This document shows positions 1 through 11,589 of a stretch of 64,000 nucleotides of DNA, piece by piece; within the stretch, counting starts at the first letter, position 1, and each line of letters starts with the position of its first letter. The stretch covers positions 238,206,001 to 238,270,000 of the forward strand of contig NC_086097.1 of the NCBI RefSeq assembly GCF_963921235.1, read 5' to 3'. The position numbers and the translations under genes are program-made. The notes beneath the pieces are model-generated. The model made no database searches and had not been told where the DNA came from. It was given only the letters and a program-made list of their open reading frames with translations. Source of the DNA: Mobula hypostoma (taxonomy: Eukaryota).

Positions 1-219
1 TGTCTCTCGATAGTTTGGTTAAGCCTCTGAAATACTAGTCCAGTTCTTTAACAGATACTCCATTGGACTTTGGTACTTCAAGAGCTGAAAATCAGGTGAT
101 CCTCCACTTGTTAACTGAAAGCAGATTGGGACACAGATGCTCCTTGGCTTTACTAAGCATGGGGATCACTTCTTCATTTTAACTAAAATCTCTACCTGAT
201 CCTTGTTGGGCAAGAGGTT

Positions 220-1195
220 TAATTTTGTTTCCAAAGCAGTGGATGAACCATGAGATTTGCAGCCTGCTGCGGGCTAAATTTGTGGCATTTGGGACCGATG
301 ATCCAGAACTCTACAAGAAGTCAAAGTACAATCTACATAAGGCTATCATATGAGTGAAAAAGCAATTGTGTGTGAAGCTATTGACAGAATCGGATACACG
401 TTAGCTCTGGCAAGGTTAGAAGGCTATTATTTCCTATAAGATGAAACCTAACATCATAACTGAATGTGATACTTCACTCTCCAATGAGCTGAATGCCTTT
501 TATGCATGCTTTAAAACTATAGCTGTGTGAATCACTGCGGCCCCTGGCAACCCCGTGATATCCACCTCAGGAGGCAATGTCAGAACATCTTGACCCTCAC
601 AAGACGTCAAGTCCTGATGGTGTACCTGGCAGGGCACTAAGAACCTGTGCCACCCAACCAGCTGGGGTGTTTAAGGACACCTCCAGCCTCTCACTATGGT
701 AGTCAAGGTCTTCACCTGCTTCAAAAGGGCATCAGTCATACCAGTGGCCAAGAATAGCAAGGTGAGCTGCCTCAGTTACTATTGCCCAGTAGCACTCAAA
801 TGCACAGTAATGCAATGCCTTGGGAGACTGGTCATGGCTAGAATTTGAGAGAAGGTCAAGGACATCTTCAAAAGGTGATGCCTGAAAAAGATGGCATCTA
901 TCATTAAGGTTCTTCCCACCACCCAGGACATGCCCCCTTCTCATTACTATCATCAGGGGTCTCAAGGCACTCACTCAATGTTTCAGAGACAGTTTTTTCC
1001 ACTCCACTCTCAGATTTCTGAATGGTCCATGAACCCATCACTAATTTGCTCTGTTTTTTAACTACATTTATAATTTTAATCTATTTCTTATTGTTATGGT
1101 ATTTTCTTCTGTATTACACTGCACTACTGCCACAAAGCAACAAATTTCATGACATATGTCAGTGATAATAAACCTGACAGAGATTGTGATTCTAA
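220..1195 (+). mobile_element. Degraded Rex1/Babar-type LINE: RT N-terminal fragment joined to a 3' end
   Basis: About 720-840 resembles the FK..IIPVPK..CLNDYRPVALTS..MKC.ERLV RT motif, with substitutions. The 3' tail contains gacatatgtcagtgataataaacctga, shared with other Rex1-like tails in the window. Confidence 0.7.
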
Positions 1196-1539
1196 GCGTT
1201 CAGCTTGCCAATAAATCCAAGATACTGAAAAATGACTACTGCAATAGTGACAAAAATCTGACTTGATGGATGCAGAGTTCTGGAAAGGAAGTACCAGATC
1301 TTGGAACCAAACCGATACTGTGAGGTTTGCAAAAGGAAATAAAGATTGGAGATGCAGAGTGTGGTTTGCAAAGATGGTGAAGAGTGGGACATTGTTGCCA
1401 TTAATGTGGGAATTCAGACATTGTAAATGATGTCTCTGAAGGACAAGGAGAAGGAGGGAGCCTTTGAAGGGTTTCCAACTCTAACAACATAACTGGAAGG
1501 AGCAGCAATTGTAGGAGGTTAATATGAGGGCCCATAATT

Positions 1540-2125
1540 TTGAGGTGATTTGAGGAAAGTATGGGGGGGGGATGTCAGTAGTAGGTTTTTTTTTAAACAC
1601 AGAGAGTGGTGGGGGTGTGGAATGCCCTGCAAGGACTGGTGAATGGGGCAGGTAAATTAGTGACAATTAAGACACTCCTCCTCCAAGTGGACCACAAACT
1701 TGTCGAGGGTTTGGAGGCTTGTATGCCTCAATGACTCGGGGAACTATATTGGCTAGGGTTGTGACTTTGTCTTTTGGCTCTTGGTAGGGTTACCCATGCA
1801 TCAAATATCAAAGAGTAGAGGCCAGGCGAAGAGTGGTTTACCAGTACTCCAGTTTCGGGGAATTTCCTCAGGGTTAACAAACCTGATTGGTGAAAATATA
1901 TTGTTACGGAAACAGCAATGAAGAATCCTTGAATATCTGGGTGTGCGACGGTGTGGACAGACTGAAATGGAGAACCTTTACTGCTGCCCTACACACTAGT
2001 GGCATAACGAGCAATTAAAAAAGAGAAACTCTTGTATAGGCACATGGATGATTAAAAAAAATGGAGAGCTATGTGGGAGGAAAGAGTTAAATTGATCTTA
2101 GAGAAGGTTTTAATGTTGCACAATA
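1540..2125 (+). mobile_element. Old CR1 3' fragment interrupted by an RTE-derived insertion
   Basis: acacagagagtggtgggggtgtggaatgccctg is the CR1 FTQRVV..WN.LP motif; the fragment resumes near 2025. Confidence 0.6.
1676..2020 (+). mobile_element. Non-autonomous bipartite RTE-derived retroelement (5' UTR fused to 3' end)
   Basis: The 5' part (cttgtcgagggtttggaggcttgtatgcctcaatgac...ggtagggttacccatg) resembles RTE/Expander 5' UTRs. The 3' part (gctgccctacacactagtggcataacg) resembles an RTE 3' end. No ORF. Confidence 0.55.
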
Positions 2126-2453
2126 TTATAAGATCACAAGGCATAGGAGCAGAATTAGGCCATTTGGCCTATCAAGTCTGCTCTGCCATTCAATCATGGC
2201 TGATCCTTTTTTCCCCTCCTCAGCCCCACTCCCATAACCTTTGACGCCGCAGCCAATCAAGAAACTATTAATCTCCGCTTTAAATACACGCAACAACCTG
2301 ACCTCCACAGTTGCCTGTGGTAACAAATTCCACAAACTTAAAACCCACTGGCTGAAGAAATTTCTCTGCATCTCTGATTTAAACGGATGCCCCTCTGTCC
2401 TGAGGCTGTGCCCTCTTGTCCTAGACTCCCCCACCACGGGAAACATCCTTTCC

Positions 2454-3082
2454 CTTAAAGGAACGGCTTTAAATTCCTCAGCAGAAACATCATCGAGGAT
2501 CTCACATGGTCTGTACATACCCGTTGTGTGGTGCAAAAGGAACAACAATGCCTCTTTCACCTCAGACGGTTGAAGACGTTTGGAATGGGCCACCAAATCC
2601 TAAGAACTTTCGATAGGAGCATGATTGAGAGCATCCTGACTGGCTACTTCACTGCCTGGTATGGGAACTGTACTTCCCTCAATTTCAGGACCCTGAAGAG
2701 AATGATGCAGACAGCCCAGCGCATCTGTAGATATGAACTTCCCACTATTCAGGACAGTTACAAAGGCAGGTGTGTAAAAAAGGCCTGAAGGATCATTGGG
2801 GACCCGAGTCACCCAACCACAAACTGTTCCAACTGATACCATCTGCTTCCAACGGTATAGCAACATAAAAGCCAGGACCAACATGCTCCGAGACAGCTTC
2901 TTCTGCCAGGCCATCAGACTGATTAATTCACACTGACACAACTGCATTTCTAAGTTATATGGTTGTACATACTATTAATTAGAAATGACTATAAATTGCA
3001 CATTGCACATTTAGAGGGAGATGTAACGTAAAGATTTTTACTCATGTTTATGAAGGATGTAAGTAATAAAGGCAATTCAATT
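2454..3082 (+). mobile_element. Rex1/Babar LINE 3' fragment nested in CR1
   Basis: ORF 2528-2788 QQCLFHLRRLK..IESILTGYFTAWYGNC is the Rex1 post-RT domain; AATAAA plus caattcaatt tail near 3066-3082. Confidence 0.8.
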
Positions 3083-3916
3083 AAATCTACTTTGTCTAAC
3101 ACTTTCAACATTGGAAAGATTTCAAAGAGATACCTCACCCCCCCCAACAGCCTTCTAAATTCCAGCAATCGCAGGCCCAGAGCTATCAAACATTCCTCCT
3201 ATGATAACCCTTTAATTCCCAAAATCATCCTTGTGAACCTTGTCTGAACCCTCTCCAATGCCAGCACATCTTTTCTTAGATAAGGAGTCCAAAACAGTTC
3301 ACCAGTGCCTTATAAAGCCCCAGCATCACATCCCTGCTCGTATTCTAGGTCTCTTGAAATGAATGCGAATATTGCATTTGTCTTCCTCACCACCAACTCA
3401 ACCTGCAAGTTAACCTACAGTCTGTTCCACACAAGGACTCCCAAGTCCTTTCGTTTTTCAGATTGCTAGATTTTCTTCCCATTTAGAAAATAGACTGTAC
3501 ATTTATTTCTTCTACCAAAATGCATGATCATGCATTTTCCAACATCGTATTTCATTTGCCACTCTCTTGCCCATCCTCCTAATCTGTCCAAGTCCTTCTG
3601 CAGCCTTCCTGTTTCCTCAACACTACCAGCCCCTCCACCAATCTTCGTATCATCTGCAAACCTGGCAACACTGCCATCTATTCCATCTTCTAAACCACTG
3701 ACATACAGCATTAAAGAAGCAGCCCCAACACTGGCCCCTGCGGAACACCGCTAGTCGCTGACAGCCAATGAGAAAAGGATCCTTTTATTTCCACTCACTG
3801 TCTCCTACCAATCAGCCTATACTCTAACCATGCCAGTAACTTTCCTGTAACACTATGGGCTCAAAACTTGGTAAGCAGCCTCATGTCAAGAGCCTTCTGA
3901 AAATCCAAATATCACA

Positions 3917-4552
3917 TCATTTATAGCGAGAGGATTCGAGTACAGGAGCAGGGAGGTACTACTGCAGTTGTACAAGGCCTTGGTGAGACCACACCTGGAG
4001 TATTGGATGCAGTTTTGGTCCCCTAATCTGAGGAAAGACATCCTTGCCATAGAGGGAGTACAAAGAAGGTTCACCAGATTGATTCCTGGGATGGCAGGAC
4101 TTTCATATGAAGAAAGACTGGATGAACTGGGCTTGTACTCGTTGGAATTTAGAAGATTGAGGGGGGATCTGATTGAAACATATAAAATCCTAAAGGGATT
4201 GGACAGGCTAGATGCAGGAAGATTGTTCCCGATGTTGGGGAAGTCCAGAACGAGGGGTCACAGTTTGAGGATAGAGGGGAAGCCTTTTAGGACTGAGATT
4301 AGGAAAAACTTCTTCACACAGAGAGTGGTGAATCTGTGGAATTCTCTGCCACAGGAAACTGTTGAGGCCAGTTCATTGGCTATGTTTAAGAGGGAGTTAG
4401 ATATGGCCCTTGTGGCTACAGGGGTCAGGGGGTATGGAGGGAAGGCTGGGGCGGGGTTCTGAGTTGGATGATCAGCCATGATCATAATAAATGGCGGTGC
4501 AGGCTCGAAGGGCCGAATGGCCTACTCCTGCACCTATTTTCTATGTTTCTAT
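3917..4552 (+). mobile_element. Young CR1 3' fragment
   Basis: Open ORF 3968-4462 YKALVRPHLEY..QFWSP..RGDLIETYK; ends in a ctatgtttctat tail. Confidence 0.9.
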
Positions 4553-5177
4553 ATTATCATATCTGATAATCGGTAGAAGTGCAACAAGGTCATCCTCCTT
4601 ATTACTTATCTCCCTGCATTGAGATACAACACCTTGCGTGCTCTATTTGCTACCCTTTTTGATTCTGCATCCCTAATGCGCTGATACTCACCCTGCTGGC
4701 TGCAATTTTGTCCTATCATTGCCTGCTCTTCCCAACAGTCTGACTGCACGTTACGCTACCTTTGTTTTTTTTTAACCATCCATCCTATTCTGAGTCCCTT
4801 CACTCCAGTTCCCATCCCCCTGCCAAATTAGTTTAAACCCTCCCTAAAAGCTCTAACAAACCTGCCGATGAGAATATTGGTCCCTCGTAGGTTCAGGTGC
4901 AACCTGTCCCTTTTGTACAGGTCATACCTTCCCCAGGGGAGATCCCAGTGATCCAAGAACCTGAAGCCCTGCCTCCTGCACTAGCTTCTCAGCCACACAC
5001 TTATCTGCCTAATCATCCTGTTTCTACCCTCACTGGTGGCTACACTTCTAGGCTGAAGGGCCTGTGCTGTGTCGTGGTGTTCTTTATTCCATGTATGAAC
5101 GTCAGGTTTTATTCATACGGTAACCACGTGTGGGCAAGGCCAGAATTTACTGACCACCTGTAAGTCACTCAGCCTTT

Positions 5178-5625
5178 CAGAATCAGTTTTAATATCACGT
5201 AATTTGTTGACTTTGCAGCAGCAGAATAATGCAATACATAATAATAGAAAAAAACAAATTATAGTATACATACATACACACACAAATGCATATACATACG
5301 CACACACATTTTAGTTAAATACAGTAATTAAGTAGTGCAAAAATGGAAATAAAAAAGTAGTGAGGTGGTGTTTATGGGTTCAATGTCCATTCAGAAATTG
5401 GATAGCAGAGAAGGAGCTGTACGCTGTTCCTGAATTGCTGAGTGTGTGCCTTTATACTTCAGTACCTCCTTCCTGACAGTAGCAGTGAGAACAAGACCTG
5501 ACTTGGGTGATGGGGTTCCCTAATGAAGGATGCCACCTTTTTGAGGCATTGCTCCTCGAAGATGTCCTCGATACTACAGAGACAAATGCTCGGAATGGAG
5601 CTGACTAAGTTTACAACTCTGTCAA
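5178..5625 (-). mobile_element. Rex1-type LINE 3' end
   Basis: Begins cagaatcagttttaatatcac (reverse complement of the tail); homologous to 14735-15145. Confidence 0.65.
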
Positions 5626-5721
5626 CTCAGTGAGCACCTATAAGTAGCCACACTGCTATGGGTCAGGAGTCACAAATAGTCCGGACCAGGAAAGAATGGC
5701 AGTTTTCCTCCTTTGGGGGTC

Positions 5722-5917
5722 ATTGCCTGGCTGCGGCTTGTGCGTGAGAGTGGGGAGCTGGGGGGGGGGTGCGTGGTTGGGGGATTCTAATGTCTTAACT
5801 GCCATTTATTCTTGGGGCACTCCTCTGTTTTTGTGGATGTTTGCGAAGTAGTATTATTTCAGGATGTATATTGCATACATTTCTCTGACATTAAATGCAC
5901 CTATTGAACCTATTGAA
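5722..5917 (+). mobile_element. Retroelement 3' end with (ACCTATTGA)2 tail
   Basis: ATTAAA followed by the tandem tail acctattgaacctattgaa. Confidence 0.45.
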
Positions 5918-7047
5918 GTATCTCCACCTGTCCAATCTCTCCTACATAGCCTTTTATTTTTCTATCATCCCTGTACCAATCTAAGGGCTTATGAAATCTC
6001 CCTAATGTTTCTGCCTCTATCACCATCAATACAATTGAATAGTACTTAGATGAACACGAGTATAGGTGCCATCTGTCATTCTTCAGGATGGGAGTTGGAA
6101 AACACAGGTAAAATAAATCCGATTGTCTCAGAGGGACATTGTGAATGACACAGTGCCATAAATTTCAATAAATGGCTCCATGTTGCAGAAACAGAGAGCT
6201 ACAGTGAGTATTCACACTGCAGAGCTAAAGAATATGATAGTGTCAGAGGACTGGGTAAATGCGATGGCTCACTGTCATCGAACTGAGGTATGCCCTTTCT
6301 CAATCAAAATCTCCGAGATTCAAGTTAGCTGCCTGCATCCAGCTGAAGAATTGATCTTTTTAAACAGCTTTCAACTGATATACTTCGGTCTTTGCTCTCT
6401 AGTAAACAGCAGACAAGAACATTTTATTGATTGAGCAATTTACAATACTTGGATGCTCAAAGACTAAAAGATAAAGTATCACTCAGCAGTGGAATGCCAT
6501 GTAAAGTAACACAATGACATGAAGTACCGACAAAATAAAGACTAGTTTTGCTCTATAGATTATAATATTATGTACTAAAACATCTCAACTTTTGATGAAA
6601 GTTTGTAAATTGTACCATGTAACTGCTTTGCATAGTACTGTGCAAAAGACTTAGAAGCATAACCCTAACCCTAATGCAAATCCTAACCCTAGCCCAAAGC
6701 TAGGGTGTCTAAGACATTTGCATAGTACTATATTTGTCAACATTGGCAAGGGATATTGGGCATGGTGGGGTAGAGTGCGTGGTAGGGGTGTGGAACAGGT
6801 GGGGAATGGTACGAGTGCAGACAAACCCAGCCCTCAGACAACAAGCAAGGTCATTTGATTCCAAACAATTGGCTTCTTGATCATTACAGAATGTCTCTCT
6901 CGTACTTCTCGCTCTGTTCCCCTTTTTCCCTCTCCCTGCTCCCTTCCCACTCTCAGTCCACAATGGAGACCCACATCAGAATCAGGTTTATCATCACTCA
7001 CATATGCCATTTTTATTTCAGCAGCAGTACAGTGCAATACATAAAAT

Positions 7048-7495
7048 CGATTTTCTGGCTTCCGCTGAGGCCCCCCCTCCCACTCATGCCCCACCTGTTA
7101 CTTATTTTTATGCACACATTCTTTCTCTCACTCTCCTTTTTCTCCCTTGTCCCTCTGACTATACCCCTTGTCCATCCTCTGGGTTCCCCCCCGCTCCTTG
7201 TCTTTCTTCCCGGACCTCCTGTCCCATGATCCTCTCGTATCCCTTTTGCCTATCACCTGTCCAGCTCTTGGCTCCATCCCTCCCCCCCTGCCTTCTCCTA
7301 TCATTTTGGATCTCCCCCTCCCCCTCCCACTTTCAAATCCCTTACTCACTCTTCCTTCAGTTAGTCCTGACGAAGGGTTTCGGCCTGAAACGTCGACTGC
7401 ACCTCTTCCTACAGATGCTGCCTGGCCTGCTGCATTCACCAGCAACTTTGATGTGTGTTGCTTGAATTTCCAGCATCTGCAGAATTCCTGTTGTT
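7048..7495 (+). mobile_element. Penelope-like element pseudo-LTR (pLTR)
   Basis: 10-bp TSD tacataaaat (7038-7047 and 7496-7505); contains a hammerhead motif; homologous to 9164-9620 and to the Penelope 3' end at 45260-45875. Confidence 0.85.
7363..7398 (+). ncRNA. Minimal type I hammerhead ribozyme motif
   Basis: AGUC-CUGACGA-(agggtttcggcct stem II)-GAAAC-GUC-GACU: catalytic core boxes, stem I AGUC/GACU, GUC cleavage triplet, palindromic ACGU at helix III. Confidence 0.75.
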
Positions 7496-7511
7496 TACAT
7501 AAAATTACTAC

Positions 7512-8175
7512 TGTGTTGCCCTTAAAGCATTTATTTGACTTTGTTGGGTCTATGATTTAAATGATTTGTTTGTAACTATTTTCTAGTTAAAGGTTGATAA
7601 TTATGTTACAGTTTAACAAAGGTAAATTCATTGTCTATGGTATATCGCGGTATGCAATGACGTCACCTCTGGTTTCGCCGCGTCTTATGTGTAACCACCG
7701 GTTCGGAGAAGGTGTGAAGGTGGGTGCCATGCGTGCAGCATGATTGTGAAGATTTCCGTTTCTACCCACAAAGAAACATTATAGAAGCAATGCCGCAAGT
7801 TCATAAGAATGTATTTGAAGTAAAAATATTAACGCGGTTTCTGTTAAGGAAGTGGCGGTTGGGGCGGCGCGTGTGCCGGCTTTTCAATTTCAAACACGGG
7901 GTGGGCTCGGGCCCAATGGCGGTTTGACGGGACCCCCCTTGCCCGCTACTCGGGGCGGCTGGAGACACTCGCTAAAAGAAGAGAGCGCGCGTGGTCTCCA
8001 GAATGAAACAGACGCTGTATATGTTTGTATTTTTTTGGCAACAGTTTTCACCATACGATGTTAATGTGGAAGAGTGAACAGTAAGTGGTTAATCTTACTA
8101 CGACTCTGTCTTCATTGGTTCTGGTTTAACTTGGTGTTTAGTCAGAGTTTCAACACACTGCACGAGAACACTACA
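7512..8175. mobile_element. Solo LTR (664 bp), CpG-rich
   Basis: TGT...ACA termini flanked by a perfect 5-bp TSD actac (7507-7511 and 8176-8180). Confidence 0.8.
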
Positions 8176-9163
8176 ACTACAGTACTGTGCAAAAGTCTTA
8201 GTCACCCGGCTATATATGTGCCTAAGACTTTTGCACCAGGATGTAAGTATTACCAACATGCAAGACAGACCCTTTTTATGTCTATTCATCCAGCTGTACG
8301 TCAGCAGGAGACCTGGTTCCATTCAGCCCTGCTGATGAATAACGCACGTCATTAACCTCTACCAATCTGACATGTTTATTGCTTTGTGACACGTTCAGTC
8401 AATACTTTACATTCACTAGACACAGACAAATGATTGATTGTTTCACCCACATTTGTTGCATCCACATAAAGCAAAAGTCCCCTTTGAATAGGCTCACAAA
8501 GAAATCTATGTTCAACTTCAAATAGCTGTGGAGGAGGGGAGTGCATAAGGATTTAGTTGGAAAACATGCAGGATTGAAATAAAATACAGATATTGATGGA
8601 GCATTGTGATTGATAAAAGACTGAAGGGCCGACTTCTAAAGACTAAACAGAGTGGGTTTTGCTCATTTGCATCATTCTGTATATGATGGGTTGGAGTACG
8701 TTAGGGGGTTGGTGCACTTTGAAGGGTGGTGGGAACAACAGAGTTAAATCATCAAATGATCAAAAGTGTAAATCTCAATGCAGACCCAGCGTGCACGCAT
8801 TCTCTATCAGCTGCCAATTTGGGCGCCTGCCAGTGTGGAAGCTCATGCAAACAATGCTAATGAGACTCTCTGTTTAGGTTGGTTCATTTGCCGGTGTCTC
8901 AGAGCTCTGCATTCGCCGCCTTGGCAGATTCTTTGATGCTTTTCAGCTTCCTGCACTCTTCCTATTGCCATTTAAAATTCATGGTCACATCACACAATCT
9001 GAATTCTGCACATGGCACCATTCAGAGCCTTAGGTCATATGAACATAGAACACTGCAGTGCAGCGCAGGCTCTTTGGCCCATGATGTCATGCTGACCTTT
9101 TAATCTGCTCCAAGATCAAGCTAACACTTCCCTCCCACATAAAACTTCATCTTCTTTCATCTA

Positions 9164-9762
9164 ACACACGTAAAAGTTGCTAGTGAACGCAGCAGACCAG
9201 GCAGCATCTCTAGGAAGAGGTACAGTTGACGTTTCGGGCCGAGATCCTTCGTCAGGACTAACTGAAAGAAGAGCTAGAAAGAGATTTGAAAGTGGGAGGG
9301 GGAGGGGGAGATCCAAAATGATAGGAGAAGACAGGAGGGGGAGGGATGGAGCCAAGAGCTGGACAGGTGATTGGCAAAAGGGATATGAGAGGATCATGGG
9401 ACAGGAGACCTGGGGAGAAAGAAGGCGGGGGGGGAAGCCCAGAGGTTGGGCAAGGGGTATAGTGAGAGGGACAGAGGGAGAAAAAGGAGAGAGAGAAAAA
9501 GAATGTGTGTATATAAATAAATAAATAACGGATGGGGTACGAGGGGGAGGTGGTGCATTAGCAGAAGTTTGAGAAGTCAATGTTCATGCCATCAGGTTGG
9601 AGGCTACCCAGACAGAATACAAGGTAGTCCTGACGAAGGGTCTCGGCCTGAAACATCGACTGTACTTCTTAATAGAGAGGCTGCCTGGCCTGCTGCGTTC
9701 ACCAGCAACTTTTATGTACGTTGCTTGAAATTCCAGCATCTGCAGATTTCCTCGTGTTTGCG
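9164..9762. mobile_element. Penelope-like insertion with inverted pLTRs (minus copy 9164-9620, plus copy 9625-9762)
   Basis: 14-bp TSD tcttctttcatcta (9150-9163 and 9763-9776); hammerhead motifs at about 9224-9259 (-) and 9626-9661 (+). Confidence 0.85.
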
Positions 9763-9861
9763 TCTTCTTTCATCTATGTGCCTACCTAAGGGTCTCTTAA
9801 ATCTCAATAATCCCCTTCTACCACTACTCTTGGCAGTGCATTCCATGCGCTTCTTTTAATA

Positions 9862-10150
9862 TGAGCTTCATCTGTTACATGTACAGTACATCAATACATC
9901 GAAACATGCAGTGAGATGTGTGGCATTTACATCAACAATCTGTGCTGAGGACAGCCTGTAAATGTTGGCAAGTTTCCAGCACCAACGTAGCAGGCCCACA
10001 ACTTACTGACCCTAACCTATACATCCATTTTCATTAAGGAGGAAACACCCAGCTGTTACCCACATGATTACAAGAAGAATGAAGAAACTCCCTACTGACA
10101 TCTGCGGGAATTGAACTCCGATCGATGATTGCTGGCACTGTAAAGCATTG
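9862..10150 (-). mobile_element. Degenerate V-SINE-like SINE
   Basis: ggaggaaac..acccacatg..aaactccctactgac..gggaattgaac reads as the reverse complement of a B box and V domain; tail related to 30120-30235. Confidence 0.5.
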
Positions 10151-10339
10151 TGTAACCCCAGTGTTACTGTGTCCATGTAAAAAGCTACCTCTGGCAAACC
10201 CCCCCGACATACTTCTCTCCAATTACCTTAAGAGTATGCCCTCTTGTACCAGCCAGTTCCACCCTGAGAGAAAAGCGCTGTGTGTCAACTCTCTCTGTCT
10301 CTGTCTGTGCTGATTATAATTATACATGCCTCTAACACA

Positions 10340-10665
10340 TTCCCGATGTTGGGGGAGTCCAGAACCAGAGGCCACAGTATAAGAATAAGGGGTAGACCAT
10401 TTAGAACAGAGTTGAGGAAAAACCTTTTCACATAGAGGGTTGTGGTTCTGTGGAATGCTCTGCCTCAGAAGGCAGTGGAGGCCAATTCTCCGGATTCTTT
10501 CAAAAAAGAGTTAGATTGAGCTCTTAAAGATAGCGGAGTGAAGGGATATGGGGAGAAGGCAGGAAAAGGGTACTGATTGTGGATGATCAGCCATGATCAC
10601 AGTGAATGGTGGTGCTGGCTCGAAGGGCTGAATGGCCGACTCCTGCACCTATTGTCTATTGTCTA
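10340..10665 (+). mobile_element. CR1 3' fragment nested in an older minus-strand CR1
   Basis: gagtccagaaccagaggccacag...cctattgtctattgt tail; same subfamily as 50960-51612. Confidence 0.8.
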
Positions 10666-11404
10666 ATAAGTTACTTCTTATCCTCCTTTGCACCAAAGAG
10701 AATAGCCCTGGCTCACTTAATCTCTCCTTTGTTCTGATCAGGCAGCGTCCTATTCTGCACCCTCTCTACAGCTTCCATGCTATAATGCAACAGTTCGATC
10801 TGAAAACAATACTCCACTAACTTTGTACTCTGCCTTTAACTTTGACCTTCCAAAGTGACTCACTTCACACTTTTCTGGAATGAACTCCACGTGCCACTTC
10901 TCAGCCCAGAACTACATCCTGTAAATGTTCTGTGGTAATGTACAGAAACCTTCGATCTGCACCAGCGTTTCTCAACCGGGGTTCCATGGAGGTCGCTACG
11001 GGTTCCGCAAGAGATTGTGATAACAATCAAATGTCATTTCTTGAACTTTGCACAATACACGATGCTAGCACTCGCAAGTGGTGGGCAGGGACCGAGCAGC
11101 GCTGTTCGTAATCTCGTTAGAGCTCCCTCAGCCCAGAATGGCAGTGCACAGTAGGATTGTTGATTCCATTCTCAGTTTCTGATCTGAGATGGGGGAAGCC
11201 TTTGGTAATTGGTGAATGTTGTATTGCACAGAGGGGAGGATGGTAGGCTGATGAGGAGTGTGAAGTGCATTTTTCAAGCATTGAATGGACTCATCCAATT
11301 TCGGCTATGATGTCAGCCTCTTCGTCCTGAATTGCTTCCCTGAACTTTTCCATGCATGCCACTGACTGACTTATGGGAGCAAACAAACTGTACTAGTAAA
11401 GCAG

Positions 11405-11552
11405 AACACATAAAAGTTGCTGGTGAATGCAGCAGGCCAGGCAGCATCTCTAGGAAGAGGTACAGTCGACGTTTCGGGCCGAGACCCTTTGTCAGGACTA
11501 ACAGAAAGAAGAGCTAGTAAGAGATTTGAAAGTGGGAGGGGGAGAGGGAGAT
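11405..11552 (-). mobile_element. Penelope pLTR fragment nested in the hAT; hammerhead with a mutated core (CUGACAA)
   Basis: Near-identical to 9164-9313. Confidence 0.8.
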
Positions 11553-11589
11553 CAATTGGAGGGAAATTTTCATTCTAAAGATGTTTTGA

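Larger units (their letters stand above)
2126..5040 (-). mobile_element. CR1 LINE, fragmented and internally deleted, hosting two nested insertions
   Basis: 3' end in ORF 2126-2596 (SRTRGHSL..RNFFSQWVLSLWN); RT FADDTK in 3466-3711; ORF1-end/inter-ORF sequence at about 4800-5040 similar to 24580-24820. Confidence 0.8.
6633..8243 (-). mobile_element. Composite MITE-core-MITE Tc1/mariner-type non-autonomous element, copy A, with two nested insertions
   Basis: Palindromic mini-MITEs at 6633-6730 and 8180-8243 (cagtactgtgcaaaagtcttag...ctaagacttttgcac). The core is homologous in reverse orientation to 50942-51926. Confidence 0.75.

Noticed and set aside
6180..6434. 84-aa ORF in non-repeat DNA
   Set aside because: No homology recognised and no supporting gene structure.
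7004..9859. Overlapping 96-153 aa ORFs on both strands (e.g. SPDEGSRPETST)
   Set aside because: They are translations of non-coding Penelope pLTR and hammerhead sequence, repeated at many loci.
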